DNA of 64,000 nt from an uncultured delta proteobacterium (GCA_963808625.1 CAWEHK010000039.1:1-64000); one strand, 5' to 3'; positions 30,716 through 42,189 are shown, counted from the first letter of the stretch. Notes: generated by a model from the sequence alone, not told the origin. Numbers and translations: made by a program.

Positions 30716-31996
30716 ATGCTGCAGTACAAGGTTATTGAAATATTTATCAATGAAGAGGCGCGCTGGCAGGGAACGGGGCTCTACAGCGCCATCGTTCAGC
30801 AGGTGAACGACTTGAAAATAGCCGCACGTACCATCGTTACGAGAGGGATAGAAGGCTCCTACGAGAGCGGGGAGATTGCCACCGGAAGGATCGAGGTCCT
30901 CTCCTACAATATGCCGGTGCGCATTACCATCATTCTGCCCGCAACGGAATTCGACCGCGTTCTCTCCAAAGTGGAGGAAATGGTTGCAGACGGCATCGTT
31001 GCTGTCCACAACATAGACGTCATATCGCACAAGGCCCACGGGCTTCTCATGCCAAGGTACACGAGGGTCCGCGAGATCATGACTCCTGCCCCCAAGAAGG
31101 TCGGCACGACAACGCCCTTGGACGAAGTGGCGCGGCTCCTTCTCTCTTCAACCTTCACCGGGCTTCCCGTGGTCGATGAGGAGAACCGCCCGGTCGGAGT
31201 CATCGCGCAGGGAGACCTGATCTACAAGGCCGGTATGCCGATGCGGCTGGGCCTCCTGGCCGAATCGGGCCGAGAGAAGGTCGGCGCTGCACTTGAAGCC
31301 CTCGCCCCGAAACAGGCAAGTGAGGTCATGACACGGCCGGCCCTCACCATAGGAGAGGACAAGATGGTTACGGAAGCCGTGGACCTGATGCTCAGGAAAC
31401 AAGTGAAGCGTCTTCCGGTAGTCGATGCAGCAGGGAAACTCGTTGGGATACTTTCCCGAGCGGATGTATTTCAGACGGTCATCAGGGAATGCCCGGACTG
31501 GACGGCCTTCCAGCAGCAGAAAATCCTTGTCGAGGGCTTGCACTTCGTTTCGGAGATCATGCGTCGGGATATTCACACCGTGTTTCCCGACACGCCGGTT
31601 GCAGAGGTGATCCGCGTCATTGCCTGCAACGACATTCAACGAGTTTGCGTCGTGGACAGGGAAGGATTTTTCCTTGGACTCATTTCAGATCGAGACTTGC
31701 TCATCGCCTTCTCCAACCGCCATCCCGGAATCTGGGATTACTTCGCAGGCAAAATCCCTTTCTCGGAGCAGGGCCAACGGAACAGAGAACTGAGGGAATA
31801 TCTCAATGCAAGGACGGCCGCCGATGTCATGAACACCAATATCGTGACGGTGTCGGAGGATGCGCACATAGAGGAGGCCATCCGGCTCATGCTGGAAGGG
31901 GCGATCAAACGCCTGCCGGTACTTGACGCAGAAGGCAAGTTCAAGGGAATGATCAGCCGTGACTCCCTCCTGCGTGCGGGGTTTGCTTCCGTGTGA
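30716..31996 (+). CDS. DUF190 (PII-like) plus four CBS domains
   Basis: IVTRGIEG...LSYNMPVRI DUF190 pattern; repeated LPVVD..G.LVGI CBS motifs. Confidence 0.88.
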   Translation: MLQYKVIEIFINEEARWQGTGLYSAIVQQVNDLKIAARTIVTRGIEGSYESGEIATGRIEVLSYNMPVRITIILPATEFDRVLSKVEEMVADGIVAVHNIDVISHKAHGLLMPRYTRVREIMTPAPKKVGTTTPLDEVARLLLSSTFTGLPVVDEENRPVGVIAQGDLIYKAGMPMRLGLLAESGREKVGAALEALAPKQASEVMTRPALTIGEDKMVTEAVDLMLRKQVKRLPVVDAAGKLVGILSRADVFQTVIRECPDWTAFQQQKILVEGLHFVSEIMRRDIHTVFPDTPVAEVIRVIACNDIQRVCVVDREGFFLGLISDRDLLIAFSNRHPGIWDYFAGKIPFSEQGQRNRELREYLNARTAADVMNTNIVTVSEDAHIEEAIRLMLEGAIKRLPVLDAEGKFKGMISRDSLLRAGFASV

Positions 31997-32389
31997 CGTG
32001 GCAACCAAACCTCCTCGCAGTATTTCTTTGTGACGAGCTTTCGGAGCAAAACCACATCCACTAAAGGGTTGGAAAACCCTCGATCCGGATTTTAAGATGT
32101 CGGTGAAGCGATGTCCATATCATACCCAGCGCCCGGTTCCGGATAGCAAACTCCAGGAACTGGTCTGCGTTGCCGGACGCAATCGCCGGTTGGCCATACC
32201 GGGGGACCGTGATTGCTCTCCCGGCGCACTCTTGTGAGAGACCGTGCCTCGCGCCCTTGGCGGAATCTCATGTGGTCTGATGCCTGCGCACATGCCCATT
32301 GACATCCTCGCGACGTGCATTTACTTGGAGATATCTACCGGATATGCTGGGAACCCATACCATAACATCCATAAACAAGGAGTCAGAGC

Positions 32390-32842
32390 ATGCAGCTTGA
32401 AGATTACAGGGCGATCATCTCAATGGCTATCGGCAATGAAATCGCGGCATACGAATTCTATTCCGCGGTTTCCGAGAAGACTGCGGATGCCAACATAAAG
32501 GGAGTTTTTCGGCAGCTGGCTCAGGAGGAATTGGGACATCGCCGGTTTCTGGAAGGTTTCCTCTCCAACGTCAGGCCCATGAAGTTTGACGTTTCAAGAG
32601 ACTACAAGGTCTCCGAATCGGTTGAAAAACCAAAGCTGTCCATGGCGTTGAAGCCGGCGGACGCGATGGCCCTGGCGATGAAAGAAGAGGAAGAGGCCAT
32701 GCTCATGTACGAAGCCCTGGCTGATGCCAGCACCGAACCGGAACAAAAGGCAATGTTCCATTCCCTGGCCAACATGGAAAAATCCCACAAGATCAAACTC
32801 GAAGATATCTACACCAACATTGCCTTTGTTGAAGTCTGGTAG
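32390..32842 (+). CDS. Ferritin/rubrerythrin-like diiron protein
   Basis: Paired E...FY...EExxH and E...Y...ExxH motifs. Confidence 0.88.
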   Translation: MQLEDYRAIISMAIGNEIAAYEFYSAVSEKTADANIKGVFRQLAQEELGHRRFLEGFLSNVRPMKFDVSRDYKVSESVEKPKLSMALKPADAMALAMKEEEEAMLMYEALADASTEPEQKAMFHSLANMEKSHKIKLEDIYTNIAFVEVW

Positions 32843-33065
32843 CCAGGCGGGTTCTTTCGCATTCGACGGGGCGCGGCAGGTCAAGTTTCCCCACAGCCCC
32901 TCATGTTCCTTCGGGACATCCGAAGACCCGTGAAAAGGGCTGGAACAAACCCGCAGCCCGCAACTTTTCGAACCAGTGCCTGGGAACTGGGGCACGCGTG
33001 TTGCCGGCAGCAATGCAGGCGGTGTCCCAACCGGAATCCCCGGTATCAATGGAAGGCCAGTGCTC

Positions 33066-33792
33066 ATGACGACAAGCCACGACAACTCGCACGAGAAACA
33101 TAAACCTAACCCTGATGTGGTCCTTAAGATCTTGGCTGCAGGCAACGACCGCTTTGTCGCCGGCAAAGCGATCCATCCGCACGCGGGTGCTGGTCGGCTG
33201 GCCCTGGCCGGTAGTTGCGATCAGAAGGACTATGCCTATGCGACGGTGATCAGTTGCTCGGATTCACGGGTACCGGTCGAGTTGATTTTCGATGCGGGCA
33301 TCATGGATCTCTTTGTGATTCGTGTCGCCGGCAACGTCTGCAATACGGACGAAATCGGCTCCATCGAGTATGGCCTGGCGCACGTTAGAACGCCGGTCCT
33401 GGTCGTTCTCGGACACACCCAGTGTGGCGCCGTGACCGAAGTGACGCATACCCTCCAGGGCAAGGGGCACGTGCTCGAACGCAATGTCGCACCGTTGCTC
33501 AAACCGATCATAACGGCCGTCAAACGGGCGATGAGGGGCACGGGGATCTTCAGGGCGAGGAGATCATTCCCTTGGCGATTGAAGAAAATGTCTGGCAAGG
33601 TATCTGGGATCTGTTCCTGCAGAGTCCGGTCACCCGCGATTTGGTCCGAGAGGGACAGCCAGGGTGGCCGGCGCCATCCTCGACGTAGCCACCGGCAAGG
33701 TGAGCTGGCTTGATCACACCAAGGTGGACGAAATCCTTGCACAGGCCGAAGCCTCGCCGGAACGCGCAACCAATCCCTTTGCCGACGGCTGA
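33066..33792 (+). CDS. Beta-class carbonic anhydrase; frameshifted near 33535 and 33660
   Basis: GNDRF, CSDSRV, IRVAGN and GHTQCGAV motifs; C-terminus continues in other frames. Confidence 0.85.
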
Positions 33793-33836
33793 TGACGGAT
33801 ATCGCGGGAGGTCCTTGCCGCACAGGGAACAAGCTG

Positions 33837-34760
33837 ATGGAAGACACGACGCGCCGGGTCATAGAGGCCAGAAATCTCAGGAAGAAATTCGGCGATTTTG
33901 CTGCGGTCGATGGCATTTCTTTCCACCTCCTTTCCGGAGAATGCCTCGGCTTGCTGGGGCCCAACGGCGCCGGAAAGACTTCGACGGTGCGGATGATCTA
34001 TGGCTTTTCGCCGATGACCGGCGGCAAGCTCGAGGTCTTCGGGCTCGATATCCGGACGGACTGGCGCGCCATCAAAGCGCGCATCGGCGTTTGCCAGCAG
34101 GAAAACAACCTCGATCCGGACCTGACGGTTATGCAAAATCTCCAGGTCTTTGCCCGCTACTTCCATATCCCGAAACCCCAGGCCCGGCTTAAGGCCGAAC
34201 AGCTCCTGCACTTCATCGCCCTCGATCAGCGCCGGAACGACACCGTGACCAGCCTCTCCGGCGGGATGATGCGCCGCCTGGTCCTCGCACGGGCGCTGAT
34301 CAACGACCCGGACCTGCTCATTCTTGACGAACCCACCACCGGCCTGGACCCGCAATCCCGCCACCAGGTCTGGGAGCGCCTCCACGAATTGCGCGCCAAC
34401 GGCCTTTCCATCCTTCTCACCACCCATAACATGGATGAAGCCTCGCACCTCTGCGACCGCCTCATTATCATGGACCACGGTAAGATCCTGGTCCAGGGCA
34501 AGCCCGCGTGGCTCATCAGGGAATACGCCGGCCGCGATGTCATCGAAGTCGTCAACCCGAGTGATGAGCTGCGCAGCCTGGTGCGCGCACAGCAGTTCAT
34601 GCACGACGATCTTGAGCGCCGGCTCATCATCTATGGTCAGGAGGGAGAGCAATTGTTTGAACGGATTGGAAGGCGTTTCTGCAGGGAAGACTGCATCATG
34701 CGGATGGCAACGCTGGAAGATGTCTTCTTGCGCCTGACAGGCAGGGAGCTTCGGGAATGA
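33837..34760 (+). CDS. ABC transporter ATP-binding protein (NodI-like)
   Basis: GPNGAGKT, LSGGM and LDEPTTGLDPQSRH motifs. Confidence 0.92.
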   Translation: MEDTTRRVIEARNLRKKFGDFAAVDGISFHLLSGECLGLLGPNGAGKTSTVRMIYGFSPMTGGKLEVFGLDIRTDWRAIKARIGVCQQENNLDPDLTVMQNLQVFARYFHIPKPQARLKAEQLLHFIALDQRRNDTVTSLSGGMMRRLVLARALINDPDLLILDEPTTGLDPQSRHQVWERLHELRANGLSILLTTHNMDEASHLCDRLIIMDHGKILVQGKPAWLIREYAGRDVIEVVNPSDELRSLVRAQQFMHDDLERRLIIYGQEGEQLFERIGRRFCREDCIMRMATLEDVFLRLTGRELRE

Positions 34761-35548
34761 GGAAACTTCCATCCTTCAAAATCTCCCGGCGGTTCCTTCG
34801 GGTCTGGCAGCGCAATGCCCTCGTTTACCGGAAAATATGGAAAGTCAGCTTCCTTACCCCGCTTCTGGAGCCACTTTTCTATCTGCTGGCCTTCGGCTAT
34901 GGGATGAGCGCTTTCATCGGCAGAGTACCTTTTGAAGGCCGGGAGCTCTCCTATGTCGTCTTCATCACCCCTTCGCTCCTGGCCATCGCGATGATGTACA
35001 ATGCTTTCTTCGAAAATACCTACGCTTCCTTTGTGCGGATGTACTATCAGAAAACCTTTGATGCGATGCTGGCGACCCCGCTCTCGCTGGACGAAGTAAT
35101 TACCGGGGAAATCGTGTGGGGAGCGACCAAATCACTCATTGCCACGGCGATCATGCTCGGCGTGGTGAGTGCTTTTGGGCTGGTGCATTACCCACATGCC
35201 CTGCTGGTCCTGCCGCTTTCCTTCATGGCAGGCATTGCGTTTGGTTCTATCGGGATGTTCTTTACCGGTGTCATCCCGAACATAGAATCCTTTAACCTGC
35301 CGATTTTCCTCTTTATCACCCCGATGTTCCTGTTCAGCGGGACGTTCTTCCCCGTTACGGGACTCCCCGGATGGGCGCAGGATCTGGCCCTGATCTTTCC
35401 CCTCACCCATGCCGTCAACGCCACCCGCCACCTGTGCCTGGGCGAAGTGAGCGCGGAGGTTCTGTGGGCAGTGTGCTATCTCTTGATCTTTTCCCTGGCT
35501 TTCTTCCCGTTGGCGCTGATGGTCATGCAGCGCAGGCTCATTCGATGA
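34757..35548 (+). CDS. ABC-2 type permease (NodJ-like)
   Basis: Six hydrophobic segments; PMFLFSGTFFP motif; ATGA overlap with the ATPase gene. Confidence 0.9.
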   Translation: MRKLPSFKISRRFLRVWQRNALVYRKIWKVSFLTPLLEPLFYLLAFGYGMSAFIGRVPFEGRELSYVVFITPSLLAIAMMYNAFFENTYASFVRMYYQKTFDAMLATPLSLDEVITGEIVWGATKSLIATAIMLGVVSAFGLVHYPHALLVLPLSFMAGIAFGSIGMFFTGVIPNIESFNLPIFLFITPMFLFSGTFFPVTGLPGWAQDLALIFPLTHAVNATRHLCLGEVSAEVLWAVCYLLIFSLAFFPLALMVMQRRLIR

Positions 35549-35660
35549 GCCGGTGCGCAGGCTCATCCGCTCATAGCCTATCCACGAAGACACACGAAGA
35601 AGAAGCGAAGTCACTCGAATGAGGAGCTACTAATTCCTTAATAATGAGGGATATGGCGGT

Positions 35661-36683
35661 TCACCGTTCCTGCCTCCACATGCTCGATTGGAGGTAGGTG
35701 GCAAGATTGACGTCGTTGTTGGTGATGCCGAGCTTTCGCCGGATGTGCTCACGGTGACGATTGACGGTCGCGATGGAAACCTTCCGAAGTTCAGCGATCT
35801 CCTTGGTGCGCAGACCATTGCGGATCATATTGCAGATCTTGATCTCGCTCGGGGTCAGGGAATGGTACTCGAAAGACAGGTGTCTGGTGAACGGGGAAGT
35901 CATTTCCTCCAATTGGGTCCTGAGCATCTCGACATACTTTCTCTGCATTTTGGGGAGTTCCCCGGCCAGGGCATGCAGGATCGGCATCAAGACCTTCTCG
36001 ACGTTGGCTTGCACATTTCGGTAAATTTCCTGTTTTTCTTCTTCGATCCGCGCCAATACTGCGCGCAGGGCGACATTGCTTTCCTGTAGGGCCTTCCGCT
36101 CGACGGTGAGCTGCCGGTTGGTCTCCTGCAGTTCCCGCTCGGCCGAAAGCCGCATGGCGATGTGGCTGATCCGTTCCGCAACCGCATCCAGCAAGGCCCG
36201 TTCCTCCCGCAGGAAAGGGCCCTCGTCGATCGGCGGTCGCTCTTCAAGGTAAAACACCGTTACTTCTCCAACGCGTTCATTATAAGCAATGACCGGTGAA
36301 GACTGCCGCCACCTGGTAACCTTGAACGCTTTCGTCTTGAAGGTTTGTTCCTGAAAGATGATGCGCGCACAGGTTATCTCCGGATATTGCCAGGAGGGCG
36401 GAAGCAGGTTTACCAGGTCCTGAAACAGATTGTCGAGGGAATCCGCGTGCCGGTCAGCGACCTGAGAAATTCCATACAAACAGTTCAGCTCCTTAATTCG
36501 CTCGCGGAGGGCAATCAGCACCTTTTCCGGTTCGGTTTCATAGTTCGGGGGAATGCGCCAGAAGGAAGGGAGTTCCATCGGGGATGGCTCTGTTTCGGGA
36601 ATGGGGGCGGGAAGGATTCGGCTGTGTTTTTTAGCGATCGGGCAGCGCTTCATGCGGATTTTCTCCTGGCAATATATAGGCAA
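35661..36683 (-). CDS. LuxR-type HTH regulator with N-terminal GAF-like region and coiled coil (true start may be 36653 or 36578)
   Basis: LTPSEIKICNMIRNGLRTKEIA...TVNRHREHIRRKLG C-terminus. Confidence 0.88.
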   Translation of the reverse strand: MPIYCQEKIRMKRCPIAKKHSRILPAPIPETEPSPMELPSFWRIPPNYETEPEKVLIALRERIKELNCLYGISQVADRHADSLDNLFQDLVNLLPPSWQYPEITCARIIFQEQTFKTKAFKVTRWRQSSPVIAYNERVGEVTVFYLEERPPIDEGPFLREERALLDAVAERISHIAMRLSAERELQETNRQLTVERKALQESNVALRAVLARIEEEKQEIYRNVQANVEKVLMPILHALAGELPKMQRKYVEMLRTQLEEMTSPFTRHLSFEYHSLTPSEIKICNMIRNGLRTKEIAELRKVSIATVNRHREHIRRKLGITNNDVNLATYLQSSMWRQER

Positions 36684-36699
36684 CAGTTAGGCTTAAATT

Positions 36700-36720
36700 A
36701 TACCCATAAAAAATAGGTAT
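36700..36720. promoter_or_regulatory. Candidate operator, inverted NarL-like heptamers
   Basis: ATACCCAT-AAAAA-ATAGGTAT between the divergent regulator and nuoE-like gene. Confidence 0.45.
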
Positions 36721-36808
36721 TTTGGTCTATTCTTATCGTATTTACAGGCTCGACCCTGCCGCATAATTTCCTCGCCGTCAAGATTAAACTTTTCTCAAGG
36801 AGGATCAT

Positions 36809-37309
36809 ATGCCCTTAGCAGCGCTGGATGCCATTTTGGAAGAACGTCGCAGCCAACCCCACCTCCTCATCGAGGTGCTGCAGGATGTACAGGAGCACTT
36901 TGGGTACATCCCGGAGGATGCGATGCTGGCGATTTCGAGAGAGTTGGGAGTGCCTCTCATCGAGGTGTATCGGGTCGCGTCTTTCTATAAAGCCTTTTCG
37001 CTCACCCCCCGCGGCGACAACCTGCTCACCATCTGCACGGGTACGGCTTGTCACGTGCGGCAGGCCAAGCTGCTGCTCAACCAGGCGTGCAGCCAGCTCC
37101 AGGTAACCCCCGGGGGCGTCACGGAAGATCGCCGCTTTTCGGTTGAGCACGTCAATTGCCTGGGCGCTTGCGCCCTGGGGCCCGTTGTCGTGGTCAACGG
37201 GACCTACCATCATCATATGAATCCCGGAAAGCTACGCGGGCTCATTGAAAAAACCGGCAATGGGGAAAAACCTGACAACGGAGGAAGGGAGGAGAAAGTC
37301 AATGGCTAA
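36809..37309 (+). CDS. NuoE-like [2Fe-2S] subunit (third module)
   Basis: VASFYKAFSL, CTGTACH and CLGACALGP motifs. Confidence 0.9.
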   Translation: MPLAALDAILEERRSQPHLLIEVLQDVQEHFGYIPEDAMLAISRELGVPLIEVYRVASFYKAFSLTPRGDNLLTICTGTACHVRQAKLLLNQACSQLQVTPGGVTEDRRFSVEHVNCLGACALGPVVVVNGTYHHHMNPGKLRGLIEKTGNGEKPDNGGREEKVNG

Positions 37310-39156
37310 AATCACCACCACCAAAGACCTTGACTCTCTGCGCCGGCAGCTTCAGAAGGACCGCGAGAAGGTTCGGACCACCATTACGACCTGCGCCGGC
37401 ACCGGTTGTCAAGCCTCCCGGTCCCTGGCAGTGTTCGAAGCGATCAAGCTGGAACTCAGCAAGAACGGGCACCATGCAACGAGCCTCCTGCGCGGTACCG
37501 GATGTCATGGTTTTTGCGAACAGGGGCCCATTATCGTCATTGATCCGGGCAACGTTTTCTACTGCCATGTCACCGCTGAAGACGTCCCGGAAATCTTTTC
37601 CAAAACGATTGCCACCGGGGAGATCGTCGAGCGCCTGCTCTACACGGATCCGGTGTCGGGAAAAAAGGTTCTCAGCGAAGCCGAGATTCCCTTCTACCAG
37701 GCCCAGGACCGTCAGCTCCTGGCCCTGAACCGCCAGGTTGATCCCTGCTCCATCGAGGATTATATTGCCATTGGAGGTTACACGGCGGCGGCCAACATCA
37801 TCGGCAAAATGGCCCCGAAGAAATCATCCAGGAGATCAAAGAGTCGGGGCTGCGCGGTCGCGGCGGCGGCGGGTTCCCCACGGCGCAGCAAATGGCAGGA
37901 ATGCCGCGCCGCAGCCGGGGATGAAAAATATGTCATCTGCAATGCCGACGAAGGCGATCCGGGCGCTTACATGGATCGGTGCGTTCTGGAGGGCAATCCC
38001 CACGTCGTCATCGAGGGGATGATGATCGGGGCCTGGGCGATTGGCGCGCAGAAGGGGTACATCTATGTGCGCAATGAATATCCCCTGGCGGTGAAGCATG
38101 CTCGGCTCGCGGTGGAGCAGGCCCGCGCCCGTGGTCTGCTGGGAGAAAATATTTTGGGAACATCGTTTTCTTTCGACGTGGAAATCGCCCGGGGAGGGGG
38201 CGCATTCGTCTGCGGCGAGTCCACCGCCCTCATGGCTTCCCTCGAAGGGAAAGTAGGCGAGCCGCGTCCCAAGGACGTTCATACCGTCGTCGAAGGGGTC
38301 TGGCATATGCCGACCACCCTGAACAACGTGGAAACCTGGGCGAACGTGCCTGCCATCATGCGCAACGGCGCTGCCTGGTTTGCCGCGAAAGGCACGCAAC
38401 GGAGCAAAGGCACCAAGATTCTGGCCCTGACCGGTCATGTCAAAAATACCGGACTGGTTGAGGTGGCGATGGGTACGTCCCTTGCGCTCGGTGGTTTTTG
38501 ATATCGGCGGGGGGGCAACCGGCGGGAGGGCCATCAAGGCGGTGCAAACCGGGGGTCCTTCAGGGGGCTGTCTGCCGGTCAGCAAATTCGATCTCCCCGT
38601 GGATTTCGATCTGCTCACCGAAGCGGGCTCGATGATCGGGTCCGGTGGTATGGTGGTGATGGACGACAGGACCTGCATGGTCGACGTGGCCAAGTATTTC
38701 TTGACCTTTCTTCAGGATGAATCGTGCGGCAAGTGTGTACCCTGCCGCCTGGGCATTGACCGGATGCTGGAGATCGTCACCGACATCACCGAGGGCCGGG
38801 GGACGCCGGCGCAGATCAACGTCCTCAAGGACCTGGCGGAGACCGTAAAGGAAACATCGCTCTGCGGACTGGGCAAGACCGCTCCCAACCCGGTGCTTTC
38901 AACCTTGCGCTATTTTGCCGAGGAATATGATGTTCATATCCACGACAAACGATGTCCGGCAGGGGTTTGCCAGGCCCTGATCACCTACGCCGTCGATGCC
39001 GAAAAGTGCAACGGCTGCGGCCTCTGCAAGAAGAACTGCCCCAGTAGCGCCATTGAGGGAACGAAGAAACAGCCGCATCGCATCGATACCCTGCTCTGTG
39101 CCAAGTGCGGCATTTGTGCGAGCGAGTGTAAATTTGATGCGATCTCAGTCAATTAA
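37302..39156 (+). CDS. NuoF/HydB-like subunit with C-terminal 2x[4Fe-4S]; frameshifts near 37820, 37885 and 38490
   Basis: [34 protein letters not shown] and two ferredoxin motifs. Confidence 0.88.
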
Positions 39157-39167
39157 AGAGGTGTCCA

Positions 39168-39863
39168 ATGATAGAATATGTCACCGTAAACATTGATGGC
39201 GCCCATGTGCGGGCTCCCAAAGGGACGAGCGTGCTTGACGCCGCCATCGAATATGGAATCTGCATTCCCCACCTGTGCCACGTTCCGACCCTCACCGACG
39301 TTGGCGCCTGTCGTTTGTGCATTGTCGAGCACGTCACAAACGGTCGTTCAAAAGTCACGACTTCATGCACCCTCCATGTCGAAGAAGGGATGGTCATTCG
39401 GAGCAACACTGACAAAATCAAAGGGCTGAGGCGCAACATTGCGGAACTGCTCGTCGCCCAGGCGCCTAACTCGCGGGCCATTCAGGATATTGCCGTCCGC
39501 TGCGGCGTCAAAGAAGTCCGCTATCCCTTCCGGAACGAGAACTGCGTGTTGTGCGGCCGCTGCGTTCGCATCTGTTCCCAGATGTGGCAGGCCAATGCCA
39601 TCGGTTTTGTCGGTCGCGGCAAGGACCGGCACGTGGATTTCCCCCTTGGGACCCGTCCGGAGTCCTGCCGACGCTGCGATTCCTGCATCATGCTCTGCCC
39701 CATGACCATCTCACCCTGTGACGGACCGATGGAACGCGGGAAGGAGCGGCTCTGTGGAAAATGCGAGGCCCAGCTCATGATCACTGAAGAAATGCCGGAC
39801 GCCTGTGTCTTTTGTGAGTTGGGCAAAGGCTTCCAGTGTGGCCGGCAGGCTCTTGGGCAGTAG
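39168..39863 (+). CDS. Short NuoG-like Fe-S protein with no catalytic domain
   Basis: IPHLCH...ACRLC...TSC [2Fe-2S], CVLCGRCVRIC, CRRCDSCIMLCP and an extra Cys-rich tail; 231 aa. Confidence 0.88.
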   Translation: MIEYVTVNIDGAHVRAPKGTSVLDAAIEYGICIPHLCHVPTLTDVGACRLCIVEHVTNGRSKVTTSCTLHVEEGMVIRSNTDKIKGLRRNIAELLVAQAPNSRAIQDIAVRCGVKEVRYPFRNENCVLCGRCVRICSQMWQANAIGFVGRGKDRHVDFPLGTRPESCRRCDSCIMLCPMTISPCDGPMERGKERLCGKCEAQLMITEEMPDACVFCELGKGFQCGRQALGQ

Positions 39864-39912
39864 GCAGTAGGGAGTATGCAGTAGGCAGGAAGCATTAGGC
39901 AGTAGGAAGTTG
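39857..39912. repeat. Heptamer tandem array (GCAGTAG, ~8 degenerate units) starting at the stop codon
   Basis: Directly visible. Confidence 0.85.
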
Positions 39913-40015
39913 GAATAATGGCATCATGTTATACTTATTCGCGTTAACATCCTTCGTTTCTGCGTTTGCCGCAGGGGTGCGAAGAGCGCAGAGACAGACG
40001 GCCAGTCCAAAAATC

Positions 40016-40042
40016 GCTGCGTCCTCTGCGTCTCTGCGGTGA
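40016..40042. repeat. CGCAGAG 9-mer REP-like copy
   Basis: GCTGCGTCCTCTGCGTCTCTGCGGTGA, reverse complement related to 9146-9171. Confidence 0.6.
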
Positions 40043-40089
40043 GAAAGAAGGAATGACTCTTTAGGGGTATGAGTCACACCGGAGGGAGT

Positions 40090-42163
40090 TCACTCGGGGT
40101 GATGGTCGAGGTTGAAGAGCGAGAAGGGTTTATCGGCCCTGCATTCGCGACAGGTTTGGAGGAGACGGTCAAGGGGCGGTAGTTGGCCTTGGGGACCGTC
40201 GCTGAGATCCAGCAGAAACCATCGAAAGCCGTAGCTTCTCAGGGCAGGAAGATGGTCCAGCCAATTGACCGGGCGGTCCGCATAGGTGAGGGCGGTGCCT
40301 CCTTTTTTTTCGAAGAAATAGGTCTCATCTCGCGGTGTTCGAAAGGGCTTGTGTTCGTCCAGTTTGAGAATGAGGCGCGAGGTGAAGAGCGGGGGCCAGG
40401 AATAGAGCGTAACGATGGGTATGGTGCTGAACGGGCCCTGTTCGAGAAGCCGGAGCTCCTCGCGGGTAATTTCCAGCGAGAGGACGCTCCAGCGGCAGCC
40501 GGCCCGGGCCAGCTCGGCCATGGCGGCAAGGTTCCTCACGTTGAAGCGGTAACCGGAGAAGAGGCTAAGGCCGCGAAGGTCCTCGAACCAATCGAAATGA
40601 CCCCAGTTATTGAGCTCCCACGCGCGAAAATCCCGTTCACAAAACCAGCGCACAGCCAAGCGGTAGTATTGGTCATCCTTCTCGGCGATAAGCGGCGGCA
40701 GCGACCAGGCGAAACGGCTCTTTTGTGAGGCACTGAGCCGCTGTTTGGCGAGGAGTTCGAGGTTCTGACGGGTGGCCGTAAGCATCACCCAGCGGGCAGG
40801 CGAGTCAAAGGCCCGAGCAAGCTCGGCGGCACGCGCCACTTTAATGATCAGGCTTTCGCCTCCCTTGGAGTCGGTGGAGGCAGGGCGCGGCAAGGCCTCA
40901 TAGGCGCGCTCCGGATGAGGGAATTTTCTTCCAAAAGACCGGCCAGCCGGGATTTCGTTGCGGATTTTCTGCCAGGCTCCCCCGGGCGATTTGTCCCTGG
41001 TCCCCACTCTGATCAAACGCTCATCCCGCTGCAGATCAACCTTGCAGGGAAGCCACACTTTCTTCCCGGTACGGCCAAAGGGCAGGGGGGCACCCTCTTC
41101 CGAAAAGAGTTCGCCCACCGTGAAAGCCTGTTTTTCCCTGCTCTCCGAGGATTCCGGGCGGAGTCGGTCCCCCGGCCGCAGTTCGTGGCGCAGGGCTATG
41201 AGGACCCGTTTGCCCTCTATACGTTTGACCGTGCCCACCCATTGGCCGCTCGACCCGGATCGATGCGGCGAAAGGACTTCCGCATTGAAGTTGTCGGCAA
41301 AGTAGCCGGAGGTGAGACGCCGCGAAGGCGCCCGTGCGAGCAATTCCCGGGCTTCGCCGAGGGCTTCTTTCTCGTTTTTCGGAGCGGCATCGAGTACCAG
41401 TCGATAGGCCCGGACGACCTGTGCGATGTAATCGGCGGACTTCATGCGGCCTTCGATCTTGAACGCGGCGATCCGCAACTTCTTCAATTCCGGGACCAAA
41501 GGCAGGGCGCAAAGATCATTGCAGGAAAGGAAAAAGCCTTCGTCTCGCCCCTGTTTGAATTGCAGGCGGCACGGCTGCACACAGCGTCCCTGCAGCCCGC
41601 TGTGCCCGCCGCGAAAGCTGCTGGCCAGGCAGAGCCCCGAATAGGAATAGCAGAGCGCCCCGTGCACAAAAATTTCCAGTTCGACTTTGGTGCGATCGGC
41701 AAGGTCCTTGATTTCATGCAGGTTCAGCTCACGGGCCAAAACCACCCGCCGGGCCCCCATCCGTTCGAGTTGATTTACTCCGGCGTGGTTGTGAATGGTC
41801 ATGAGGGTGCTGGCATGGAGCCTCAAGGACGGGGAAATACTCCCTGACCAGAAAGAAAATCCCCGGGTCCTGCACAATCAGCGCATCGACCTCTAAATCC
41901 GAGAGGGATTGAAGGAGATCGAGGACTCTCGGAAAGTCGGATGCCGTGAGCAGACTGTTCAGGGCCACATAAATCGACACGCTGCGTTTGTGGGCAAAGG
42001 GAAGGAGCACGGCCAACTCGTCCAGGGAGAAGTTCGTTGCGGAGGCCCGGGCGCTCAGTTGCTTCAGCCCGAGATAGATGGCATCGGCGCCATTTTCCAC
42101 CGCCGCCCAAAAGCTTTCCATCTGTCCCGCGGGGGCCAGCAACTCCGGTATGCCTCTGGACAA
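40090..42163 (-). CDS. U32-family peptidase-like protein (RNA hydroxylase type); one frameshift near 41830
   Basis: PELLAPAG, GADAIYLG, HGALCYSYSGLC, GRCVQPCR and KIEGRMKS motifs. Confidence 0.88.
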
Positions 42164-42189
42164 CGAACGACCTTCCTTTCCTCCCTTCA

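Noticed and set aside
27332..39156. Respiratory complex I (nuo) operon
   Set aside because: No membrane or quinone-module subunits; the NuoE/F-like genes belong to soluble complexes.
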